Source of the DNA: Promethearchaeia archaeon
Lineage (GTDB): Archaea > Asgardarchaeota > Lokiarchaeia > Sigyniarchaeales > SOKP01
Reading direction: 5' to 3'
Length of the DNA: 16,542 bases
Assembly: GCA_046483985.1 (NCBI GenBank)
Contig: JAWOCD010000008.1
Coordinates: 1 to 16,542, forward strand
Shown here piece by piece: positions 1-7,118 of this stretch (positions are counted from its first letter, which is position 1; each line of letters starts with the position of its first letter). Below the pieces are notes generated by a model, which saw only the letters and a program-made list of their open reading frames with translations, was not told the DNA's origin and ran no database searches. The translations under genes were made by a program, and so were the position numbers.

Positions 1-2
1 AA

Positions 3-506
3 AAAAGGAAACCCCTTATGCAAAACGCCTTGTATGAGTTTTTACACACCACTGACCAAAGCGGGGAACGCCATAGAATTGACGGGGAGATTGTGGGAGG
101 CAATGACAACTATTTTAATCATACCATTTATTCTTCCGGTTGGGCTATCCATGGCTATATCATAGGTACGCCGCTGATCACTTCTCCAGTGATTGACCGG
201 AAATCTTCCGGGCAGATATTGATCAACAACAAAGTGGTGGCCCACCATCTGGGGATAAAAGGTTGGCTTTTTGATAACCTTCATTACAGGGCGCTGGTGA
301 ATTACTCCATGAACTGCGGAACCAATGGTAGCCCTTTTGAACCTGCTAAAAAGGAATATTCTGTTCTTACAGAGTTGACCTACCAATTGCCGGAACGGCC
401 ATCCTGGCAGTTTAAGATGAAAGTGGCTGCAGATTTTGGGGAGATGTACGGGAAGGACTTCGGGATGTTTTTGGGTATTTCGCATAGTGGATGGATAGGG
501 GAATAG
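3..506 (+). CDS. Capsule assembly Wzi-family outer-membrane protein, C-terminal part (runs off the window's left edge)
   Basis: The frame is open from base 3 (KRKPLMQ...). Motifs YEFLHTTDQSG, GNDNYFNHTIYSSGW and IGTPLITSP, plus terminal beta-strand-like segments, match Bacteroidota Wzi-family proteins as I recall them. Confidence 0.7.
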   Translation, partial: KRKPLMQNALYEFLHTTDQSGERHRIDGEIVGGNDNYFNHTIYSSGWAIHGYIIGTPLITSPVIDRKSSGQILINNKVVAHHLGIKGWLFDNLHYRALVNYSMNCGTNGSPFEPAKKEYSVLTELTYQLPERPSWQFKMKVAADFGEMYGKDFGMFLGISHSGWIGE

Positions 507-551
507 TTTACCACAGATATTAAAGAAGCGTCAGGAGCCGGTCAAGATTGT

Positions 552-622
552 CCACGAATTCCACGCCTGCCTGCCTGTCCAGCAGCAGGCGGGCCGGCAG
601 GAATTAACACGAATTAACACGG
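552..622. repeat. CACGAATT-type 9/10-bp tandem repeat interrupted by a GC-rich REP-like palindrome (566-601)
   Basis: ccacgaatt ccacg[cctgcctgcctgtccagcagcaggcgggccggcagg]aatt aacacgaatt aacacgg. Confidence 0.7.
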
Positions 623-636
623 AAAAGATATGTACT

Positions 637-708
637 TGAGAACATGAGAAGGTGAGAAGACGAGAATGGGAGAAAAGTAGCATGTGAGAAGATGTGAATG
701 GAAGAAGG
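637..708. repeat. Degenerate 8-bp tandem array (consensus TGAGAANN), 9 units
   Basis: tgagaaca tgagaagg tgagaaga cgagaatg ggagaaaa gtagcatg tgagaaga tgtgaatg gaagaagg; exact 8-nt register. Confidence 0.8.
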
Positions 709-719
709 CGATTTTTTTC

Positions 720-1181
720 TTAAAACATAGCCGTCCGTTTAAGTATTTCTGCAATTTTCTGGTCGCTTTCACCCATTTCTTTCAGTACGGCTTTTATTTT
801 CTCCACTTCAATTTTTTCCTGCTCAACCCTTTCCCTTATGGGATTAAGTGCTGTGCGTCTGTCCCAGATAATATAACCCAGGATAAAAAGCATCAGGGTT
901 ATTAAAATGCTAAAACCCCACCTGAACATGATTTTTAAATCATCTATCTGACCTTGTTGACTTTCCAGTTTGGTACCGAATTCATTTTCAAGACTTCCTA
1001 TTCTCGCACTCAGTTCATTTTCAAGGCTTTCAAATCTGGCATTCATTTCATTGCGCAATGCCTTTTGTTCTGCTTCCAGCCTGATAAGCCTGTCTCTGTC
1101 TTCTAAAGTAAAAGGCACTTCTTCCTGGGCAAACAGGGAAGCGGAAAGCATTATTAACAATATAGAAATGACTATCTTCAT
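720..1181 (-). CDS. Hypothetical membrane-anchored coiled-coil protein (signal peptide, 11-residue repeats, TM helix, WDRRTAL motif)
   Basis: N-terminal MKIVISILLIMLSASLFA signal peptide; repeats RNEMNARFESL/ENELSARIGSL/ENEFGTKLESQ; hydrophobic WGFSILITLMLFILGYIIW. Confidence 0.8.
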   Translation of the reverse strand: MKIVISILLIMLSASLFAQEEVPFTLEDRDRLIRLEAEQKALRNEMNARFESLENELSARIGSLENEFGTKLESQQGQIDDLKIMFRWGFSILITLMLFILGYIIWDRRTALNPIRERVEQEKIEVEKIKAVLKEMGESDQKIAEILKRTAMF

Positions 1182-1199
1182 TTTATATAGTGTTTCCTA

Positions 1200-1207
1200 C
1201 AAAAATA
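1200..1207 (-). promoter_or_regulatory. Possible Bacteroidota -7 promoter element (TAnnTTTG) for the 720-1181 gene
   Basis: The minus strand reads TATTTTTG about 19 nt upstream of the ATG. No -33 TTTG is present at canonical spacing. Confidence 0.35.
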
Positions 1208-1309
1208 TAAAAATATGGCACGTATTGCATAAAATGCAAACGAATTTATTTCGAAAAATGTTTTTTAGGGATATCCAAATTTTAGCCGGAATGACACGAA
1301 AAAATATAG

Positions 1310-1373
1310 AAAGAACATGAGAATATGAGAGAATGAGAGTGTGAGAAAATGTGAACGGGAGAAGATGAGAGAT
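1310..1373. repeat. Second degenerate 8-bp tandem array (TGAGAANN), 8 units, same orientation as 637-708
   Basis: aaagaaca tgagaata tgagagaa tgagagtg tgagaaaa tgtgaacg ggagaaga tgagagat. Confidence 0.8.
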
Positions 1374-1400
1374 TTGGATTGGTTGATCATTGTTCCTTGT

Positions 1401-1439
1401 TTTACGAATTGGTGCGAATTTTTAGCGAATTATTGCGAA
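1401..1439 (+). repeat. Left arm of a 39-bp inverted repeat made of ~10-bp CGAATT units, flanking the GxxExxY gene
   Basis: tttacgaatt ggtgcgaatt tttagcgaat tattgcgaa; 32/39 identical to the reverse complement of 1832-1870. Confidence 0.85.
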
Positions 1440-1825
1440 GGTTTGACGTTGGGGTTAAGGATACGTTTGTATTCCAGGGAACGTTTACCGAAGTTGACCA
1501 GTAAACCAAGTTTCATTTTGGTAGCTTTCAAATAATTAAATAACGTGTTTTGCATGTTCTGATTCAGATAGTCCACTGCTTTAATTTCCAGCACGATCTT
1601 TTCATAGCAGAGAAAGTCTGCTTTGTAAAATTTTTTCAAGCGCTCTCCACCGTAAAACAAGCTGAGTTTCTTTTGGCTTTCATATGGGATGTTCGATTTA
1701 TTAAATTCTTTTTCAAGAGCTTCGTGGTATACTGCTTCAAGGAAACCTCCACCCAATTCCTTATGTACCCGCATGCACGCCCCAATAATGAGGTAACTTT
1801 CCTCCTTATAAACAATGTCAGCCAT
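1430..1825 (-). CDS. GxxExxY protein (PD-(D/E)xK nuclease superfamily)
   Basis: 131 aa with GFLEAVY signature, ADFLC...VLEIKA (D...ExK) and NYLKATKMKLGLLVNFG tail. Confidence 0.95.
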   Translation of the reverse strand: MADIVYKEESYLIIGACMRVHKELGGGFLEAVYHEALEKEFNKSNIPYESQKKLSLFYGGERLKKFYKADFLCYEKIVLEIKAVDYLNQNMQNTLFNYLKATKMKLGLLVNFGKRSLEYKRILNPNVKPSQ

Positions 1826-1831
1826 CCCAAT

Positions 1832-1870
1832 TTCGCTTTAATTCGCTCTTAATTCGCATTAATTCGTAAA
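1832..1870 (-). repeat. Right arm of the 39-bp inverted repeat (CGAATT units)
   Basis: Reverse complement reads tttacgaatt aatgcgaatt aagagcgaat taaagcgaa. Confidence 0.85.
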
Positions 1871-1878
1871 TCATTTCT

Positions 1879-2356
1879 TCAATCTTCACCACTTACATTC
1901 ACCCTATCATAATCGACAATGGCTTTCACGCAACGCTCTGCTGTTCGTCCGTCCCACAATTCCGGCCGTTGGGGTTTTCGGTTGAGCTTTAGGGTATCCC
2001 GGTATTCCTTCCGTATGCGTTGTACGTTATTTCCCACCAGCACGCTGGCTCCGCTGTGTTCGCGCAGGGTTACCGGCCGTTCTGTATTCCAGCGAAGGGT
2101 AAGGCAGGGGGTTCCCAGCACGCAGCATTCTTCCTGCAGACCACCGCTGTCGGTGAGCATGATGCGGGCATCCATGTTCAGGCGTACCATCTCGTGATAA
2201 TCTACCGGGTGGAGCAGTATTAAATTTTCGGTTTGGAGGGCTTTTTCCCATAGACCAAAGGATTTGAGCCGTCCCTGGGAACGGGGGTGGATGGGCCAAA
2301 GGGGCATGTCTTCGGCAACTTTATCGGCGAGGAATTCGAACAAGTTCTCTTTAACC
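1879..2356 (-). pseudogene. wecB: UDP-N-acetylglucosamine 2-epimerase (non-hydrolysing), C-terminal ~160 aa only
   Basis: Motifs WPIHPR, TDSGGLQEE, GTPCLTLRWNTERPVT and PELWDGRTAERC. The N-terminal ~200 aa (GARP, HTGQH motifs) are absent, and a PIN gene stop codon lies immediately upstream. Confidence 0.85.
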
Positions 2357-2533
2357 TTAAAATTCAAACAGGACCAGATTTAAATCGGGGATGTTGTTAA
2401 AACCAGTATCAGAAGTAAATAATGGAATGTCCAAATAGAAAGAAGTAGCGGCAATAATGGCATCGGGCAATTTTACAGAGGATTCCTGAAGCAGTTCTTT
2501 GGTTATTTGTTTGATTTCAGCATTGATATCTGC
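2357..2533 (-). pseudogene. PIN-domain (VapC-like) toxin, C-terminal half; not in the ORF track
   Basis: Manual translation: ADINAEIKQITKELLQESSVKLPDAIIAATSFYLDIPLFTSDTGFNNIPDLNLVLFEF*, with the KLPDAIIAAT and TxD PIN motifs. An in-frame TAG lies at 2534-2536 and there is no start codon; the gene may simply be cut by a contig end. Confidence 0.85.
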
Positions 2534-2831
2534 CTACTAAAATAGATAGAGGTTTTTTTATTTTTATTTCGGGAGAGGAGTGATTTTGAAGGCATAGACT
2601 AGTTATTCCTTCAGAAAACTCGGCAAAGCAGTCTCAACTTCTTAATTTCCTCTTTTAACTTTGCTTTTGCCTTCTAATCGCAGACTTTCAATAAGTTTCT
2701 CTTTGCAAAGTATTGAAGTACCTCGTTTCTGTTATTCATAAGGGATCAATCGGCTTATAATTCAGTTTCTCGAGCCATTTCGTAAGATCTCAATAAGATA
2801 TTAGATATATTTAACTTTTATGTGGGATAGA

Positions 2832-2947
2832 AAAAGAATTCTAACTGAGTAAATTACACTTAATGCGACAATATTTGATATTTACCGTGAATTGGCTATT
2901 CACCTCTATACGGGGTGATAAGGGGTTGAACCTCTGACCAATTGGGC
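2832..2947 (-). ncRNA. Candidate structured small RNA with a T-loop-like hairpin (strand and ends uncertain)
   Basis: GC-richer island in AT-rich DNA. AATTGG/CCAATT closes two hairpins. TTTAAATA lies about 31 nt upstream on the minus strand, and a T5 tract lies near 2832-2836. Confidence 0.3.
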
Positions 2948-3184
2948 AATAATTATTTTATCAACTTCCCTATTTAAAGGTTCCTATTATTGCAAAATGA
3001 AACATAATTTGAATTTTTCTGTGATGGAGAAATAAAAAAAAATTCAAGCAGAGATTTTTGCTACATTATGAGTGGTGCCGTTTAACCAATTCTGCTTTAA
3101 ACTTAGCGTATTTTGAGTCGCTTGAACTTCTGTGTATCCCGAAATCCTGTGATTCGCATCGACGGGCTCAAAAACCAGAGGAAT

Positions 3185-3628
3185 TTAAACATCAATCTGT
3201 GATTTACTTTGCCCCGAAAAATGAAAATGAATCAATGGTTTTACCTGGAGGGAGGTTCCTAGGAATAGATCGACGCTAACAAAGTCGCCCTCCGTGACCC
3301 CTAATTCACGGGCATACTTTACAGGAATGGTGATTGCAAGCGAATTGCCTTGGGAAAACAGAGATCGCTCTGGGTAACTAGAATTAAACTGATCTATTCT
3401 ATTATCAATGACGAGAAACGGTTTTTCCTCACTCGTTTCTGCAAGTCTTATTACAAATTCCATATCTTCTTCAAGGTTCAGTGCTTTCTTATACTTCTGG
3501 GGGATCTTGAGCTTTAATGTGTTCCTATATTTACAAAGCGCCACGAAGCCATCTGGTTCGCCCTCCACAACAAAATCAAACTTCTTAAGCACGTGTAAAA
3601 ACTTTTTCAAACTTTTTTCTATACTCAC
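3185..3628 (-). CDS. Protein with two AbrB/MazE/SpoVT-type swapped-hairpin DNA-binding domains
   Basis: RNTLKLKIPQKYKKALNLEEDMEFVI and GNSLAITIPVKYARELGVTEGDFVSV; GTG start with GGAGG upstream. Confidence 0.8.
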   Translation of the reverse strand: MSIEKSLKKFLHVLKKFDFVVEGEPDGFVALCKYRNTLKLKIPQKYKKALNLEEDMEFVIRLAETSEEKPFLVIDNRIDQFNSSYPERSLFSQGNSLAITIPVKYARELGVTEGDFVSVDLFLGTSLQVKPLIHFHFSGQSKSQIDV

Positions 3629-3734
3629 TTTTTTGACCCTCCTTGTTTGGCTTTTTTCAGTTATTTAATGTAAGAAAGCTCGGATATTTAAAAGAATTCG
3701 GGGAGATAGAATAATGAATTTCATATGAAAGTAA

Positions 3735-5165
3735 TTATACTGATTCCCGTGCTGATCCACTGTGGCTTTCGTTGCTATCAGCAGAGATGATATTTCGTGC
3801 GCACTTCCTGATATAGGTTTGAGCTTCTTCCTTTTCGTGATAATAAGAAATTAACACTCTATGGTGTCGCGCGAGTGTTTTAATATAGGAATTAGTTTTT
3901 GTTTGTAAAAGGTTGATTTGCTCTCCTGGTTCGGCATTTGTATCTATTATTCGAATATATTTCGGGTCTTGCATATCTTCTTCTTCTTCTCTAGTGATGG
4001 AATCTGCAACCTTGACGGGGTTGACAGGGTCATACCGGAGAAAGGACCAGTGATTGACAATCTCCGGTTTTTCTTTTAAGACCTCATAGCAATCCTCCTC
4101 TTTATCGCAATACTCCGTTTCCTCCGCCTCTGTCAGATTATCGAACCGAAAACAGTTTTTAATCGGCTTTCTATGGGTAATCCTTTCATAGAGATTCTGC
4201 AAATCCGACCGCTCATTCTCGGAAAGCGCTTGAGAGTCCAAAAGCTTTTGCACGCTGGTAAAAAAGTCACTTTCGGTGAGATTATAGAATGTATCCTGGA
4301 ACCATTCTGAATCTGCAGAGTTAAAATCTTCTCTGCTCGGTAAAAAGAAGGGCAGTTCTATCTCATCTCTGTAGTTTTCGATAAATTTTCTGTATATTTT
4401 TTGCAGTAACAGCTCGTATCCAATCACCGTCTTATGCACATAAACTATTTTATACATTTGAAAGCGCGAAAAGAGGAAATCCTCCAAGGCGTTTTGTGCT
4501 TTTTCTAAATAACCGATCCGTTGGTCCTCCAGAGCCACGAAGTTGGTTATGCGGTCAATATCAAAAGTTCCGTAGGGAACCCCCGTAAAGTATGCATCTC
4601 GTAATAGATAATCCATCCGATCGCAATCTGCATGAGAACTCAACAAGGGCAACAGAGTAGTTAATTCAAGAAACTGCTTGTCCTTGGCATTTGGCTCGCC
4701 CGTTATGAGACCTCCGATAGTCTTTGAACTTATGCCGTTATCTTCCAATTGTTCATTGATGATACTTTGTTCAATAATGCATTTTCCAATGTATTCATGA
4801 TCAATGCTTTGCATTTTACTTTCAAATGTATGCGAAAATGGAATATGCCCACAATCATGTAATAGGGCAGCCAATCTCATTTTCTGGATGATTTCCTTAT
4901 GCTCGCCCTTCCCTGGCAAAAAATCGTTTTCCTTCAAGGTATTGAGCAATTTATCCATAATGAATACAGTGCCTAAGCTATGTTGAAATCGATTGTGGGT
5001 TGCACCGGGAAAGACCAGGTATGTCTGACTCAGCTGGGTTACATATCTCAATCTCTGAAAAATAGGGTTCGATATAATTTCATACTCAACCGGGGTGATG
5101 GGAATTGGCCCGTGAATTGGATCGAGTATATTTTTTTCTGCCGGCAATCCCGTGAGCGTTTTCAT
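3735..5165 (-). CDS. HD-superfamily phosphohydrolase, SAMHD1/YwfO-like putative dNTP triphosphohydrolase
   Basis: DPIHG, FQRLRYVTQL, FPGATHNRFQHSLG, AALLHDCGHIPFSH and DCDRMDYLLRD carry the full H...HD...D set; GGAGAGGAG ribosome-binding site upstream. Confidence 0.93.
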   Translation of the reverse strand: MKTLTGLPAEKNILDPIHGPIPITPVEYEIISNPIFQRLRYVTQLSQTYLVFPGATHNRFQHSLGTVFIMDKLLNTLKENDFLPGKGEHKEIIQKMRLAALLHDCGHIPFSHTFESKMQSIDHEYIGKCIIEQSIINEQLEDNGISSKTIGGLITGEPNAKDKQFLELTTLLPLLSSHADCDRMDYLLRDAYFTGVPYGTFDIDRITNFVALEDQRIGYLEKAQNALEDFLFSRFQMYKIVYVHKTVIGYELLLQKIYRKFIENYRDEIELPFFLPSREDFNSADSEWFQDTFYNLTESDFFTSVQKLLDSQALSENERSDLQNLYERITHRKPIKNCFRFDNLTEAEETEYCDKEEDCYEVLKEKPEIVNHWSFLRYDPVNPVKVADSITREEEEDMQDPKYIRIIDTNAEPGEQINLLQTKTNSYIKTLARHHRVLISYYHEKEEAQTYIRKCARNIISADSNESHSGSARESV

Positions 5166-5235
5166 TTCATTCTCCTCTCCTTGAAAAATTTGCGATCATA
5201 GATAGAATGAGTCTAATTGGAAGTAAATTCATGAT

Positions 5236-5763
5236 TTACACATAACTGTATTTCTGTAACATGGAGTATATCTGCTGAAATGTAGCGCGAGAGATTTTGT
5301 CATCGAGCTTTGGCTTGAATTCCCTGAATTTTTCTTGCACCTTTTCTCGGTCGTTGTTAAGCTGTTCTGCGAGATAGATTAATGTGGCAACTATCTCGAA
5401 CAATTCGGCCTCCTTTACTTGCTGTAGATCGTGCTTGAGCTTTTCCTCCAACTCCTTTTTAAGGCGCTTAAAGTGCTCAATACTCTTAAGATCCTTTTCC
5501 TCTAAATCAACGTGTTTGTTGGGGATATCGTCCCAGACCTCATTCATATGATAAATCATATGGGAGATCTCCGGGGAATAAGGCCCGTGCAAATAAAAAT
5601 TCCATTTGTAGGATAATTCTGTTTGAGGATTAGAAGAGCCGTGAGTTAGGAGATATAAGGTTTTTTGCACTATAATTCGGGTGTCGAAATTGTCGGGATA
5701 TTGCTTAACATAGGATGTCCCTAATGCATTACTCACGATCTCAAACAATTTTCTGTCTATCAT
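5236..5763 (-). CDS. YwgA-like / Panacea (DUF4065, SocA-like) winged-helix protein; start probably 5763 or 5772 rather than 6021
   Basis: RIIVQKTLYLL...YKWNFYLHGPYSPEI and FEIVATLIYL match the QKxxY...GPYS signature. The extra N-terminal 83 codons look non-coding and overlap another ORF. Confidence 0.7.
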   Translation of the reverse strand: MIDRKLFEIVSNALGTSYVKQYPDNFDTRIIVQKTLYLLTHGSSNPQTELSYKWNFYLHGPYSPEISHMIYHMNEVWDDIPNKHVDLEEKDLKSIEHFKRLKKELEEKLKHDLQQVKEAELFEIVATLIYLAEQLNNDREKVQEKFREFKPKLDDKISRATFQQIYSMLQKYSYV

Positions 5764-5903
5764 ATATTTCATTGTTATGTAATGATATTTATATGTTGCG
5801 GCGGGACGAATTTTCTGAAATCCATAGAAATCTGCCCCAAAAAGAAGAGGGTTCATAGATATATTACGACCTTTTTGTATGTATCTTATAAATAAGTTAT
5901 TAT

Positions 5904-6233
5904 TCAGAACTGATATACAATCTCTATAAAGCAGTACGAAAACATATAAATTTCGTTCAAAAAGGTGCCCATGTTGGGTTTGATGTTTAATAGATGTTTT
6001 AGATCCCAAAATGATAAGCAAAGGATATATTGATCGGGCGCCTTTTTTATCTGCTGGGGATTAATTTGCGTAAAGTATTCGGCGAATAATCCCGCGTTTT
6101 CAATATCATTCCCTTCCTCGGGTTGAAGAAGATAACGACCTATGGGAGAAAAGAAATATGTATGCCCACACCTAACACAATCAATGGCGGAAATAAAAAG
6201 GAGAAGCATACAGAAGGAAAACAACTTTTCCAT
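5904..6233 (-). CDS. Hypothetical protein or decayed gene with one CxxC motif
   Basis: ATG with GAGGGG upstream and CVRCGH motif; no family recognised. Confidence 0.3.
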   Translation of the reverse strand: MEKLFSFCMLLLFISAIDCVRCGHTYFFSPIGRYLLQPEEGNDIENAGLFAEYFTQINPQQIKKAPDQYILCLSFWDLKHLLNIKPNMGTFLNEIYMFSYCFIEIVYQF

Positions 6234-6370
6234 TCCCCTCCGGAATTATTAAACCATAGACATAAGGACTAAAAAAGCATCAATAGTTAATAAGCTCACG
6301 GCCTCTTGCAGGTTAAATGTGCCGATATATTACAAACATTAGAATTTAAAATAGATAAACGTGAAATCAG

Positions 6371-6829
6371 ATGGGTTTTAAAGTTATAGTCAATGAAACA
6401 AAAGTCAAATTCAGTGCGTGTCATTTTCTCAAGGACCATTATAAATGCTCTCGCCTCCACGGGCATAATTACTATGTCTCTGTGGAGATAAGCGATGACT
6501 TGAACGAGCACCAATTTGTAGTGGATTTTATGGATCTAAAAAAAGAGCTAAGGCAAATTGTGGATAAACTAGATCATTATGTGCTAGTGCCCACCGAAGA
6601 CCCGGAAATCGAACTGAAAAAAGGCGAGAAGGAAGTGGAGATTCTCGTACACAATAAGTGCTACGTCCTTCCCAGAGGGGATATTTGTTTCCTTCCCTTG
6701 CCCGCCACCACGAGCGAACTGCTTGCCAAATATATTCACGATAAGTTAAAAAAGGTCTTTCCGGAAAAAACCGTCGCCGTGAAAGTGGGGGAAAGCAAGA
6801 GCAGCATGGCTCTCTATGAAGAGTCTTGA
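6371..6829 (+). CDS. queD: 6-carboxy-5,6,7,8-tetrahydropterin synthase (QueD/PTPS family)
   Basis: FSACHFL, CSRLHGHNY, VVDFMDLKK, LDH, TTSELLAKYI, VGES. Confidence 0.9.
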   Translation: MGFKVIVNETKVKFSACHFLKDHYKCSRLHGHNYYVSVEISDDLNEHQFVVDFMDLKKELRQIVDKLDHYVLVPTEDPEIELKKGEKEVEILVHNKCYVLPRGDICFLPLPATTSELLAKYIHDKLKKVFPEKTVAVKVGESKSSMALYEES

Positions 6830-7118
6830 TGGAATTGGAGGTATATTTTGCTCGTTTAACTAATTGGTACAATAAAGAGAAGAAATAATTTGCCTTCCTC
6901 AGATTAGAGGGGGATCCTTAATTTAATGGAGTTAGACTAAGCAATTCTTTGATCAACAACATTATTTTCGTCAAGCTCTGCATTCCTTGTAGTATATTGC
7001 CTTCTTCTAATCATTAGTATCATGATAAAAAAGATTAAGTCATCTTATACCAATTTCGAAGAAATGAGTCCAGAATGGAAAAGAAACTAATGGACAAAGG
7101 AATTTTTATTTGCCATTA

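Noticed and set aside
552-1870. Short periodic repeats as a CRISPR array
   Set aside because: Units are 8-11 bp with no unique 30-40 bp spacers, and there are no cas genes.
2560-2790. Possible decayed gene on the minus strand (MNNRNEVLQYF...)
   Set aside because: Multiple stops and no recognisable family.
2905-2947. Functional tRNA gene, SRP Alu domain, TPP riboswitch or C/D guide RNA
   Set aside because: No linear cloverleaf or anticodon arm, no SRP UGU motif or S domain, no TPP CUGAGA, and only an imperfect C box/D box pair. Kept only as a candidate RNA.
3105-3180. SECIS element or known ribozyme
   Set aside because: Only the outer 9-bp stem is convincing; there is no clean UGA/GA quartet helix and no in-frame UGA selenoprotein nearby.
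5764-6021. N-terminal extension of the 5236-6021 ORF
   Set aside because: It overlaps another ORF, and recognisable family motifs only begin after MIDRK.
6829-7090. 19-codon ORF overlapping the queD stop (TGATG) and a membrane-protein-like tail; possible queE remnant
   Set aside because: No radical SAM CxxxCxxC or other QueE motif, and too short to support.
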